Positions 8,967 to 18,064 of a stretch of 64,000 nt of DNA are shown here, one piece after another. Under the pieces are notes generated by a model. The model was given only the letters and a program-made list of their open reading frames with translations. It ran no database searches and was not told where the DNA came from. The stretch's first letter is position 1. Each line of letters begins with the position of its first letter. Source of the DNA: a virus (lineage: Duplodnaviria > Caudoviricetes); IMG/VR virus record IMGVR_UViG_3300028907_000003, positions 21,000 through 84,999 of that record; one strand, given 5' to 3'. The translations under genes were made by a program, and so were the position numbers.

Positions 8967-9659
8967 ATGCAAAATTTTATTGTGATGGGTGAACAGATAA
9001 AGAGCTTTGGAATTGAGAATATCGCAAATATGCACCATCTCTATATAGAGATTGACCATGTAGAAAAGACGGGAAGATATCAGCTATTCGATAATTCAAG
9101 CAATATTATTCAAGAATCAGATAAGCCTTACGATTTTATTTTTGGATATCTTAAAAAAGAGAAATTATTAAAATATTCCATGAATAAATGGGAAAGCGGA
9201 GATTCGTATATCGGCGAACACTACGATGATTATTATGTAATTGCCTCAATGCATCGAGATTCAAATATATTGGAAAAATCCAATTACACCAGTATTAAGA
9301 AATGCTTGGATGAGAATAAAATTACATATATAGAAGTAAGGTTCGCCCATTGGGCTGTTGGTTGGGTTGATCAAATATTAATCCAAGAAGAAGAATATTA
9401 TTCTCTTGAATTTGTCGAGGATAATATTATGGATAGAATAAAAGATTATCCTATATTTGATGAGGATAATTTTGAAGAGTTTAGAATCGAAGAACAAAAC
9501 GGTAATATCGAGATGATATTAGACGATCTTAGACGGCAATTTCAAGTGAATAATCTATCTCAGGAAGAAAAATTAGAATATGTAAAAAAGACTTGGTATA
9601 TGGACGGCTTAACTCGGCAAAGTTTAGAAGATGCCGCTTATGATATGGTGGAATTTTAA
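8967..9659 (+). CDS. Conserved hypothetical viral protein
   Basis: RDSNILEKSNY...FAHWAVGWVD...DYPIFDE pattern recalled from tailed-virus hypotheticals; AAGGAG RBS. Confidence 0.75.
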   Translation: MQNFIVMGEQIKSFGIENIANMHHLYIEIDHVEKTGRYQLFDNSSNIIQESDKPYDFIFGYLKKEKLLKYSMNKWESGDSYIGEHYDDYYVIASMHRDSNILEKSNYTSIKKCLDENKITYIEVRFAHWAVGWVDQILIQEEEYYSLEFVEDNIMDRIKDYPIFDEDNFEEFRIEEQNGNIEMILDDLRRQFQVNNLSQEEKLEYVKKTWYMDGLTRQSLEDAAYDMVEF

Positions 9660-9899
9660 ATGAAACATTTTATTTTAATGTGGGGATTAAAAGGATGTCT
9701 ACCAGATACATGCCAAGCATTTAAATATAAAAAAGATGCTATTCAATACACCATCGATGTATTAGAACTGCCAAAATATGGGAACACTATTAAAGATTTA
9801 AAAGAATTTAATTACGTTGATACAAATATTGTGCATGGTATTGAATATATAGAAATAGAAATATGCAATTGTAAGGATATTAATGTGCATATGGAGTGA
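9660..9899 (+). CDS. Hypothetical protein
   Basis: Abuts the upstream stop. Confidence 0.65.
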   Translation: MKHFILMWGLKGCLPDTCQAFKYKKDAIQYTIDVLELPKYGNTIKDLKEFNYVDTNIVHGIEYIEIEICNCKDINVHME

Positions 9900-10150
9900 T
9901 TTATATGTATCAAGTTATATATAAAGGTGCTACGATTGAATCAAAGCATATGATACGAATAGCCCATATCATCCATACTATTCAAGTAAAAGAATTCAAA
10001 GATACATATATGGATGTAGTAGAAAAAGGAGGATTTATAAAAATCCCTCCATCAACTGCGGATATATATAAATCCTTAGTTGGGAGAAAGCCGACAAAAA
10101 ACCAAATAGAATTATTAAAATCCTGGTATGGTGATGAGAGATATATTTAA
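9896..10150 (+). CDS. Hypothetical protein
   Basis: GTGA-coupled to the upstream gene. Confidence 0.6.
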   Translation: MIYMYQVIYKGATIESKHMIRIAHIIHTIQVKEFKDTYMDVVEKGGFIKIPPSTADIYKSLVGRKPTKNQIELLKSWYGDERYI

Positions 10151-10300
10151 TTGGGTGAATAAAAACATGAGATGCGAATTTTGCCGGACAGGATGGACAC
10201 ATTACAGCAATGTATCACGAGAAGAAGAGATATTTGCTATTTGCCCATACTGCTTTAATCCGAGATTAACCGAATGACAATTAGTATTAGTTAAACGGTA

Positions 10301-10479
10301 ATCGCGATATTAAAACCAATATCTATAAACCTATTTTTTCATATGAAGCTTGAATTATGAACCTTTACCGCTTAAATGAACCTGAAAATGAACCTTTACC
10401 GCCCTATATACCGAAAGCCTTATATAGTTATCTAATAGGTTATAGCATAGTCAAGAGTTAAAAAGGAGATACTAAAATG
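10301..10479 (+). promoter_or_regulatory. Repeated promoter cassette A2
   Basis: Aligns with A1; ATGAACCTTTACCGC at 10357 and 10388; CCGAAAGCC-TTATATA; AAGGAG RBS. Confidence 0.85.
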
Positions 10480-10716
10480 CAAATTAGAAAAGGATGCAAA
10501 TATAAATATGTCCCGGTCCCGTTAGATATATTTATTCCATGTATCGGAGCAAAAAAAAGGGTTTTGCTCGAAGGTGATATCGTTAAGGTAATTGCTCCGC
10601 CCGGTATGCCAAAAGCAAAAACTATTAATTGCAATCATGTATATATTGATGTAGAAATAAATGGCAAATGGGAATTTGCCGGACTGATTCATATTAATTC
10701 CCTGGAGAAGATTTAA
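10477..10716 (+). CDS. Hypothetical protein
   Basis: First ORF after cassette A2. Confidence 0.7.
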   Translation: MQIRKGCKYKYVPVPLDIFIPCIGAKKRVLLEGDIVKVIAPPGMPKAKTINCNHVYIDVEINGKWEFAGLIHINSLEKI

Positions 10717-10717
10717 A

Positions 10718-10951
10718 ATGCTTAATCCTTACCAAATAGTTATATTGGATTATCGTCCTGGTGGTCATATTTGGCGGCATGACTTTAACAGCGCCGGAGA
10801 TTATTGGACGCCGGGAACAAAAGCAAGCCGTTTTGCCCAGCCATTTAAAGAATTAAGCCGTATGGGGATGAGAATTAAAGTATTTGTATATAATTCAATT
10901 GATGAGATGCCCGAAGAGTACAGAAAAGAGCAAGCAGAAGATCATTATTAA
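10718..10951 (+). CDS. Hypothetical protein
   Basis: Tightly packed in operon. Confidence 0.65.
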   Translation: MLNPYQIVILDYRPGGHIWRHDFNSAGDYWTPGTKASRFAQPFKELSRMGMRIKVFVYNSIDEMPEEYRKEQAEDHY

Positions 10952-10957
10952 AAAGGA

Positions 10958-11725
10958 GTGATAAAGATGATGCCATTTGATTTAAGCACAATTAATAAAA
11001 ACGTGTTGGAAAGCCTGCCAGAGTACAAAAAGCCAAAAACATATAAAATAGATAACCACATGGGCAATGGTTGTTTTTTGGATGCCCCAGGATATCCCAG
11101 TTATTTCACTCAATCCGTTTATACTTCGCGTGGTGATAGTCCGAGATTTGGGCCGGAGTATGTGATTTTTGGCAGAGAATTACCAAATGATTTTGAGGAG
11201 AAACAAAAAGTATTAGAAGATTTATATATTAAACTGCCTATCGATAATGTAAGGGTTCAAGAATGGATTAAATACTTATTCAAGTATTTTAATCATTGTT
11301 ATGTGGATGATAGTCTGGGACCGCAAGCAATGAATGCCGATAAAGTTAAAATATGGCCTATTCCATATTATAAGCTTAAGAGCTTTTCTTATCCGTACAA
11401 CTACCGGAGCAATGAAGCTTATCACTATTCCAAGAATTTAAGAATCAAGAGAAGGGAAGCAATTGCCCAGGAGAATAATATATTAATAGAGAAATACCGC
11501 AAAATATGCATCCCGGCAAACCATGTTGCATATAGACATATCAAAAAAGTTTATCCTGATGCAAAAGCTGAAGATTACATTAAATATATAAAAACACCAC
11601 CGGATGCATATAACTGGTACGAAAGACTGTCAAAAAAACCTTCGCCAGAAGAGTGTCCGGGCGAGGATTGGGTAAAGCATCCTGTTAATGGTAATTGGTG
11701 TCAAGTATGCGGATGGAAAAAATAA
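10958..11725 (+). CDS. Hypothetical protein with C-terminal Cys motif
   Basis: 255-aa ORF ending CPGED...CQVCGWKK; GGAG RBS. Confidence 0.75.
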   Translation: MIKMMPFDLSTINKNVLESLPEYKKPKTYKIDNHMGNGCFLDAPGYPSYFTQSVYTSRGDSPRFGPEYVIFGRELPNDFEEKQKVLEDLYIKLPIDNVRVQEWIKYLFKYFNHCYVDDSLGPQAMNADKVKIWPIPYYKLKSFSYPYNYRSNEAYHYSKNLRIKRREAIAQENNILIEKYRKICIPANHVAYRHIKKVYPDAKAEDYIKYIKTPPDAYNWYERLSKKPSPEECPGEDWVKHPVNGNWCQVCGWKK

Positions 11726-11745
11726 ATTTTTAGGAGGTTATAAAA

Positions 11746-12042
11746 ATGTCTAAGTATCTGGTAAAGCTTCAAACAAATAGCAACGTATGGCCTATAAAAA
11801 CATTAAAATTAGTAGCATTTAATTTAATTCATTTGGAACAAAAGATTAGAAAAGAAATAAAAGAATTGCAAGCGAGGCAAAACAAAAATTATTATTTAAC
11901 TGGTGGATATTCATTTGAAGAATATACCAAGAGAGATTATTTAATTGATATTATCGAGGATGCATTAAAAAATCCAGAAGAAATAAATTCCCGATATATG
12001 GCCGATGAAATAATAGAATTATTTTATGTGGAAGAAGAATAA
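11746..12042 (+). CDS. Hypothetical protein
   Basis: GGAGG RBS. Confidence 0.7.
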   Translation: MSKYLVKLQTNSNVWPIKTLKLVAFNLIHLEQKIRKEIKELQARQNKNYYLTGGYSFEEYTKRDYLIDIIEDALKNPEEINSRYMADEIIELFYVEEE

Positions 12043-12073
12043 AAATATTTTTTTTTAAATCAATAAAAAAATA

Positions 12074-12125
12074 AAACAATAATTGTTTCTCCCCTTTTGT
12101 TATTAATGTTATATATACCTATCGG
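12074..12125 (-). promoter_or_regulatory. Cassette B1: minus-strand BRE/TATA followed by GGGGAG and a 15-bp palindrome
   Basis: 25-nt exact match to 14686-14710; TATATATACCT at the same 11-nt spacing in both copies. Confidence 0.7.
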
Positions 12126-12463
12126 TTAGTTGGATAATAGGCTTGATATCTACCGATAAACAAACCGATAGACATAAGCTTAAAAGGCTGTAATATGCCC
12201 ATAAACACGTTTTTCTATCAATTTAATATCAATATAGCACCTACTAGTTTTTTGCCATTTTTACAACAAAATTTTATAATAACCTGGCATCGCGGAGAAA
12301 AAATAAACCTGCTGGTATCGATTTTATGATATCTTCGGTTAATTCGCTCCAAATATAGCCAAAAATGGCTTTAGGACGGCAAAATAAGCTAATCATAACC
12401 GAAAGCTTTATATGCATATAAGCCAATGGTAGCATATCCCATAAGGGAAAGGATTGATATAAA

Positions 12464-12784
12464 ATGCCATACAGCAATTTAAATAAAAGTCATAGATTAG
12501 TTGGAAGAAAAGCAACGACTGAAGAAAAAACAATCGCAAAAGGTGTTTATGAGATCGCAAAACAGAAAAATAAACACGTTCCTTATATCTATGTCCAAGA
12601 AGGATATAACTGTATATTTATATTTGTATGGGACGACTCCGATATATTTAAATATGGTGGAAAAGTATCAAGTCAGATAATTTTTAGCAATTATATAGTA
12701 CCGTTTGGAAAAAAATTTGGTTATGAAGTTGATATAAAGCCAAATACAGAAATTCAAGAATATTATATAAAGAAGGTGGAATAA
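12464..12784 (+). CDS. Hypothetical protein
   Basis: Promoter ACCGAAAGC-TTTATATG at 12398-12414. Confidence 0.7.
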   Translation: MPYSNLNKSHRLVGRKATTEEKTIAKGVYEIAKQKNKHVPYIYVQEGYNCIFIFVWDDSDIFKYGGKVSSQIIFSNYIVPFGKKFGYEVDIKPNTEIQEYYIKKVE

Positions 12785-12886
12785 ATGTCTAAAGTAATTT
12801 TTTCACAATGGGAGAAGATAGTTTATACCATATATGGTATATTTGTATTCGATATAGACACAAATAAATTAATCGGAGTGTATTAA
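12785..12886 (+). CDS. 33-aa micro-ORF ending IGVY
   Basis: Abuts both neighbours; ends in the junction repeat GGAGTGTATTAAAATG. Confidence 0.5.
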   Translation: MSKVIFSQWEKIVYTIYGIFVFDIDTNKLIGVY

Positions 12887-12887
12887 A

Positions 12888-13184
12888 ATGCCTATATTAA
12901 AAGAAAAACATTTTAAAAAACCAAGTTTCACCGATGTTACAGAAAAAGAAAACTATATATTTAGAGAAATTAAACAGTTTCTGATAAAACGACATATATA
13001 TATTAAAACTGATATATATATCCTGGAATATCCTTATAGTGGATATATTGTATGCAATATATCCAATGACAATATACCATCTAATCAATGGGTATATTCT
13101 AATATATTGACAAATATATTTAATCCCATTGAATTGATATATTACGACGTCGATTTGACAGTTAATATACCAAATGAGGAATAA
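12888..13184 (+). CDS. Hypothetical protein
   Basis: GGAG RBS. Confidence 0.65.
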   Translation: MPILKEKHFKKPSFTDVTEKENYIFREIKQFLIKRHIYIKTDIYILEYPYSGYIVCNISNDNIPSNQWVYSNILTNIFNPIELIYYDVDLTVNIPNEE

Positions 13185-13207
13185 ATAAAGATTTGTATTA
13201 AAGGAGA

Positions 13208-13408
13208 TTGATTAAAATGCCAACATATCAAATAGAAATATCAAGGGTTGAATATTCAAGAGGTATTATTGAAGTAGAAGCTAAAGATGAGGAAGAGATT
13301 AGAAATAATTATTTTGAAAAAGTGACAGAAAATATAGACTATTCAGATTTTGAAATGATTGAAGCGGAAGAAGAGATCTTATCAATTGAAAAAATAGGAG
13401 AAGATTAA
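13208..13408 (+). CDS. Small acidic hypothetical protein
   Basis: YQIEISRVEY...IEVEAKDEEE pattern. Confidence 0.65.
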   Translation: MIKMPTYQIEISRVEYSRGIIEVEAKDEEEIRNNYFEKVTENIDYSDFEMIEAEEEILSIEKIGED

Positions 13409-13409
13409 A

Positions 13410-13466
13410 ATGCCATATTTTGTATCTCGCCAATTGTATTATTACCAAAATATAGGAGTGTATTAA
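13410..13466 (+). pseudogene. 18-aa truncated gene remnant ending IGVY
   Basis: MPYFVSRQLYYYQNIGVY; ends in the same 16-bp junction repeat. Confidence 0.45.
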
Positions 13467-13467
13467 A

Positions 13468-13662
13468 ATGTCATTTACAGATAAACAAAAAAAAGAGTAC
13501 TTATCGCATCACGGGAATAACTGTCCTTACTGTGGATCTAAAGATATTGGTTATATCGGCCATGAATTTGATGAAACAATAGAAATATATGTCGAATGCT
13601 ATAACTGTTGGAGTACTTGGACAGAATTATATGCATTATATGATATTCAAAAGGATGAATAA
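13468..13662 (+). CDS. Zn-ribbon protein
   Basis: CPYCGS...CYNC. Confidence 0.75.
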   Translation: MSFTDKQKKEYLSHHGNNCPYCGSKDIGYIGHEFDETIEIYVECYNCWSTWTELYALYDIQKDE

Positions 13663-13664
13663 AA

Positions 13665-14246
13665 ATGTCTTTATTAACTCCTGGTAATTCAAAGTTGGGA
13701 AGAAGTATCTTATCTTTTTCCCTACCAGCTAAAAAAACTTGCAAGCCTTCCAAATGGTGCCAAGAAAAATGTTATGCTTGCAAAGGACTTTTTAAAGCAT
13801 TTGAAAAGAATATTATTAAATGTTATGAAAGAAATTATCAAGCTTCCTTAAGTGATACGTTTATTGAAGAAATTAACAACGAATTAGCTAAAAAACGTAA
13901 TCCTTCATATATAAGGATACATGCAAGCGGTGATTTTTATAGCCAAGAGTATATTAAAAAGTGGGTTGAAATTGCATCGCATAATCCGAGGCATCGATTT
14001 TTGGCATTTACTAAAAGGATGGACTTTGAAAAAGAATTAATAGAGTTAGCAGTATTGCCTAATGTAGCCGTCTATCAATCCATTGATTCAACGATTGAAT
14101 ATCGTTCTAAATATCTTAGAAAAGCGGTGATAGATGATTATGGCTATGATATCAATCCCAGGACTTTTATAAAATGCTCTGGTAGTTGCTCCGATTGCTT
14201 GATTTGTTGGAAGAATACAAATAATATTATGTTTAAGGAGCATTAA
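13665..14246 (+). CDS. GP88-like (phage gene product 88) Cys-rich protein
   Basis: GNSKLG..SFSLPA..TC...C...CYA, RIHASGDFYS, FLAFTK. Confidence 0.75.
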   Translation: MSLLTPGNSKLGRSILSFSLPAKKTCKPSKWCQEKCYACKGLFKAFEKNIIKCYERNYQASLSDTFIEEINNELAKKRNPSYIRIHASGDFYSQEYIKKWVEIASHNPRHRFLAFTKRMDFEKELIELAVLPNVAVYQSIDSTIEYRSKYLRKAVIDDYGYDINPRTFIKCSGSCSDCLICWKNTNNIMFKEH

Positions 14247-14250
14247 AAAT

Positions 14251-14445
14251 ATGGCGTATACTGAAATTAACATTAAAAGGTTTAAAAAATTATCCAATAT
14301 TATTTTGGATATTAAAAAATTAAACCTTCATAAAGAATGTGAAATAAAAGTATTGAGATTATTTGTATTAAATTCAAATACCTATAATCAATTACCGTAT
14401 GAATACAAAAATATGTTATTAGAAGAAGTATTTAAAGATAATTAA
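14251..14445 (+). CDS. Hypothetical protein
   Basis: Last ORF of the island operon. Confidence 0.55.
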   Translation: MAYTEINIKRFKKLSNIILDIKKLNLHKECEIKVLRLFVLNSNTYNQLPYEYKNMLLEEVFKDN

Positions 14446-14685
14446 ATTATCTTTTTTTAATCTTTTTTATTTTTGTTTTCATTGAAACACCCATAAAACT
14501 AGTCTCTTTTGTTGTAATGCTATTAACATACATCGATTTTAAGGCCGTTTTTAGGCCCGTAATAAGGCTTTTAATCCGCTTGTGCGGTAGCTATAACCTA
14601 CCAGGATAATTGCCATTTTTACAACACTAATTTATATAATATCTTAAAATAAAAATTAAATAAAATAAATAAAGTAATAAAAAAT

Positions 14686-14737
14686 AAACAATAATTGTTT
14701 CTCCCCTTTTATCATTCATACTATATATACCTGTCGG
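14686..14737 (-). promoter_or_regulatory. Cassette B2
   Basis: Second copy of B1. Confidence 0.7.
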
Positions 14738-15233
14738 CATTAGCCAAAACTGGCTGTATATAGACAATTATGGCTAAATTTAGATTTATATATCTAATAT
14801 CGAAGGGTTTATATTCTTATACGTCCTATAAGGTAATTGGTAGAATGAATAGAGCGAATAAAATAAAAATCCTAGAAAATAAAATATATTAATAATAATC
14901 AACATCGCGCATGACCAGGAAAATGCTCTATAAGATGGGCCTTCTAAAAAAAACCGGGGCTTTTTTTCGAGTGAAAACTATTCAACATTTTGAATAGAAT
15001 TTTCAAGATATTTTCCAAAAAATTCTAGCTAAAATCCTGGTGAAATTCCAGCAATTTTTAATCAACATTTTGTGCAGGATTTCTATGAAAAATCCAACAA
15101 AAAATACAAAAAAAGTTCAATATTTTTCGCGGTAGTAATGCGCTAATTCGTACTCAGATAATCGCAGAATATCATAAGGATTATCATAAGAAATTTCCTG
15201 AGTTTCTCGAACACTTAATTCAGGATCGCGCAT

Positions 15234-15455
15234 TTAATCCACCACCTCAGAACTAACGAATTTAATATCGGGCTCAGTCATATTTATGAATTCAATCCAC
15301 CCAAATTTCTCAGCCTCTGTCATGTCAATTGTCAGCATTTCATTTGGGTCATATGTCACAGTCTTTCCCGGTACGCCATACCCATTTTCCACAGGTAGTT
15401 CGTAGGTTATTTCCAGAATTATTCTAGCTTTTTTCGGCATAAAACTCACCACCAA
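15234..15455 (-). CDS. Hypothetical protein
   Basis: 73-aa ORF, divergent from 15540. Confidence 0.55.
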   Translation of the reverse strand: MVVSFMPKKARIILEITYELPVENGYGVPGKTVTYDPNEMLTIDMTEAEKFGWIEFINMTEPDIKFVSSEVVD

Positions 15456-15539
15456 TATATAGGGTTTTCGAGTATAAAAGCGTTTCGGTTTTTCGAGTAA
15501 ATCGAAAAGTTTAAATAGCTAGAAAACAAAGTATCTAGC

Positions 15540-15857
15540 ATGACAAAAACGCCGAGTGGTCAAAGCTGCAATGCTTTCGAGCGGGATGGCAGAATGCACA
15601 ATACCCTTAAAAAAGCCGCCAGAGGCGCATGGCAACATGAAGTGCTCAGGAACCTGATGGATGAAGGCTATGTGATTGGATATCGAGCTACAGGTCCACT
15701 GAGAGGCCGCGCCAAGAGCTATCAGAGCCACTATGCAAAGTCTCTGACTAACATGATGGATCGCATTGAAGAAATACTAGAAACAGAAACTGAGTATCGC
15801 CTTGAACGAGGAAGCGTTGGACCGAAAGGTGGATGGGGATATTACATTACAACGTAG
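15540..15857 (+). CDS. Hypothetical protein, probably leaderless
   Basis: CGAAAAG-TTTAAATA promoter about 30 nt upstream of the ATG. Confidence 0.7.
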   Translation: MTKTPSGQSCNAFERDGRMHNTLKKAARGAWQHEVLRNLMDEGYVIGYRATGPLRGRAKSYQSHYAKSLTNMMDRIEEILETETEYRLERGSVGPKGGWGYYITT

Positions 15858-15867
15858 GTGGTATGAA

Positions 15868-16035
15868 ATGAAGATTAAAAATAAAATGAACCTCAGAAAA
15901 GTACTGCACGATGGAAATTTTAACTGTATTGTTGTATGGCAGGATGGTATATGGACCGATTGTGAAAAGAGATCCGTAGAAGATAGCATCTCACAAGCAT
16001 TATCGGAATTTAAAGAGGTTGAGGAGGTGGACTGA
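15868..16035 (+). CDS. Hypothetical protein
   Basis: Start reassigned to ATG 15868 after AGGTGG RBS. Confidence 0.55.
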   Translation: MKIKNKMNLRKVLHDGNFNCIVVWQDGIWTDCEKRSVEDSISQALSEFKEVEEVD

Positions 16036-16037
16036 GC

Positions 16038-16289
16038 ATGGTCCAAAATCAATTGCAAATGCAGCAGGAATGGATAGAAGCAATTTTCGACAGGTTGGCC
16101 CTTTGCGTGAATGGCCTACACCTCTCCGATCAGACCGGTGCTGAAACCTTGGGAGAGATTCTTAGGCATACGGCAGTACTGACAAGCGATACTTTCACAT
16201 ACGCAGACATTGCCGCGCTAGACAACGAAATACAGGCATGGTTATTAGCTAAAAAATCTGATTCGAATCAGAAGATGAAAACATCCTAG
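16038..16289 (+). CDS. Hypothetical protein
   Basis: GGAGGTGG RBS. Confidence 0.65.
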   Translation: MVQNQLQMQQEWIEAIFDRLALCVNGLHLSDQTGAETLGEILRHTAVLTSDTFTYADIAALDNEIQAWLLAKKSDSNQKMKTS

Positions 16290-16392
16290 TTTCCTCATGG
16301 GAAACCGAGGGGGAATTCCCTCCTTTACCACCCCCTCGCTCTTCTCTTTATCCCCATAAAGTTCGTGCGTCTATTGGCGCAGAACGTGGAGG
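16289..16392 (+). ncRNA. Candidate structured intergenic RNA (three hairpins)
   Basis: Stems at 16289-16305, 16306-16338 and 16361-16385. Confidence 0.45.
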
Positions 16393-16396
16393 AATT

Positions 16397-16675
16397 ATGA
16401 GAACACGGATCGTAAGCTCAAATGAGATCTATGAGAAAGATTCACTGAGAGCAAGCGACTACATCACACCAGAATCAGCATTCAAACCTGGGATGAAAGT
16501 CGCTTACATCCCTTATCATGCAATGGGAGACATCAATCACGCTGATGTCGAATACGGAACTGTTACCAGTAAGAAGTTTGTTGGTGAGCAGGAGGTCATT
16601 TTCGTCAAGTTCCCGGACAGTCCATCATGCTCTAAAGGATGTCGCCCGGATCAATTGAGGGAGATGCCAAGATGA
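16397..16675 (+). CDS. Hypothetical protein with SH3-like C-terminal half
   Basis: FKPGMKVAY...GTVTSK...FVKF; GGAGG RBS. Confidence 0.65.
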   Translation: MRTRIVSSNEIYEKDSLRASDYITPESAFKPGMKVAYIPYHAMGDINHADVEYGTVTSKKFVGEQEVIFVKFPDSPSCSKGCRPDQLREMPR

Positions 16676-16676
16676 G

Positions 16677-16904
16677 GTGAATCGCATGCACTGGATAAAA
16701 GATGGTAAACTTGGGCATTACACAATTGAGCACTCGGAACTTCAGCATTGTGCTGCAAACCAACATTGCCCAGACTGCAATCACACAGGAACCTTCCAGC
16801 CTGATCGCATAGTCAAAGCAGATGGGGAGTGGCTGTTCACTGAAGCCCACTGTCACCACTGCGACGCAAAGCTGGTGATATTGAAAACAGATATAGCATC
16901 ATGA
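16677..16904 (+). CDS. Zn-ribbon protein
   Basis: CPDC...CHHC; GAGGTG RBS. Confidence 0.65.
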   Translation: MNRMHWIKDGKLGHYTIEHSELQHCAANQHCPDCNHTGTFQPDRIVKADGEWLFTEAHCHHCDAKLVILKTDIAS

Positions 16905-17083
16905 CAAAATGCGAATCGTGCGGAAAAGAACTTCTAGATGGTGCCGCTGTGGTCCGGGTTCAATATGGAAATATTTATAATAATGTTAACATGCGCCGAG
17001 CCACCGAAGATGACCATTTCTGCCGAAGTTGTGTAGAATCCGGAAATGTGGCAATTCGAGATTGTTACCTAGCAAAACAGTGA
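16901..17083 (+). CDS. Small Zn-finger protein
   Basis: CESC...CRSC; ATGA coupling. Confidence 0.65.
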   Translation: MTKCESCGKELLDGAAVVRVQYGNIYNNVNMRRATEDDHFCRSCVESGNVAIRDCYLAKQ

Positions 17084-17093
17084 GGTGTTATAA

Positions 17094-17393
17094 ATGGTGT
17101 GTAACTTTCAACTAAAGAGGAAGCCAAGAGCTTGCTGGAGGCAAACGATGACCTCGATTCCGGTCATTTTAATTTCGCTTAATTTATTTTTTTGTTCCGT
17201 CGCGATGGGCCAAGTAAGCTTAGAGTTCTCATGCTCAGTGATAGGTAATGGTAACATGAGCCTTGACCATGAAAATGCCATCCTGAATGTATCACTAAAC
17301 ATGAGCAACATTAGCATTGACGAGTGGAACAATAGCAGTGCTTGGCAATGGGAAATTTCAACGAAAGGTTTAAATTATAGTAAATACAATTAA
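17094..17393 (+). CDS. Putative secreted Asn-rich protein
   Basis: Hydrophobic signal-like segment; many N-x-S/T sequons. Confidence 0.5.
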   Translation: MVCNFQLKRKPRACWRQTMTSIPVILISLNLFFCSVAMGQVSLEFSCSVIGNGNMSLDHENAILNVSLNMSNISIDEWNNSSAWQWEISTKGLNYSKYN

Positions 17394-17647
17394 GCGTATT
17401 TGGCCGCTATTTAAACCAACCAAAACTTACTTATTTTTGAAACGCTATGATCATGATTTATGATGAACCTGAATGATGTGGAAGATCGCGCACGACTACA
17501 GAAAATCCGAGTGGTGGCGCACATGGGGAACTCCGCAGTTTAAATTCAACCCGGATAAAGATATCCGCAATGGATATAAGCCAAGCAACTTTGCCGTAGA
17601 CCAAAAAGGTTAAATACTCAAAAGTCGTGTATAGGTATTGGTGAAAT

Positions 17648-17917
17648 GTGATGAATACCAGATTCGATAGAGCAAGAATGATGTCCAGCACCGTTATGCA
17701 AAGTGAATTGGCCCTTAGATCCGGAAGAAATTCTAAAAATATCGAGCTATGCAAAAGATGTCTATCAGATGTTGGTATTGATAAAAGTATATATGCAATA
17801 GCTCGTTTATATGAAATGGATTCTAAGATCCCGGTTAGTGATGAACGACGACGCAGGATCGTAGACATTGCAAAAACAGCTGCCGCTGAAATTTATATAA
17901 TACTTGGTGGTGTTTGA
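17648..17917 (+). CDS. Hypothetical protein
   Basis: GGTGA RBS. Confidence 0.6.
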   Translation: MMNTRFDRARMMSSTVMQSELALRSGRNSKNIELCKRCLSDVGIDKSIYAIARLYEMDSKIPVSDERRRRIVDIAKTAAAEIYIILGGV

Positions 17918-18064
17918 AATGAAACTTGTTATGAGTAAAAAGAAGTCTGTGATATCGTTTCGAGATATCTAAGTGATGAAAAGGATCTCAATGTTGAGAA
18001 TATCGAACTCGAAGAATGCTGTAATGTAATTGAACTACATGCTGATATTGTGGTGGATGATTAA

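Larger units (their letters stand above)
7680..15230. other. Low-GC accessory island of small genes flanked by long non-coding AT-rich spacers
   Basis: Hand counts on 60-nt lines give 15-32% GC (lines 9241, 12901, 14281) versus 42-47% outside (lines 3241, 23941). Confidence 0.8.

Noticed and set aside
14946-14959. AAAAAAACCGGGG also present at 19326-19338
   Set aside because: Low complexity, two copies, different contexts
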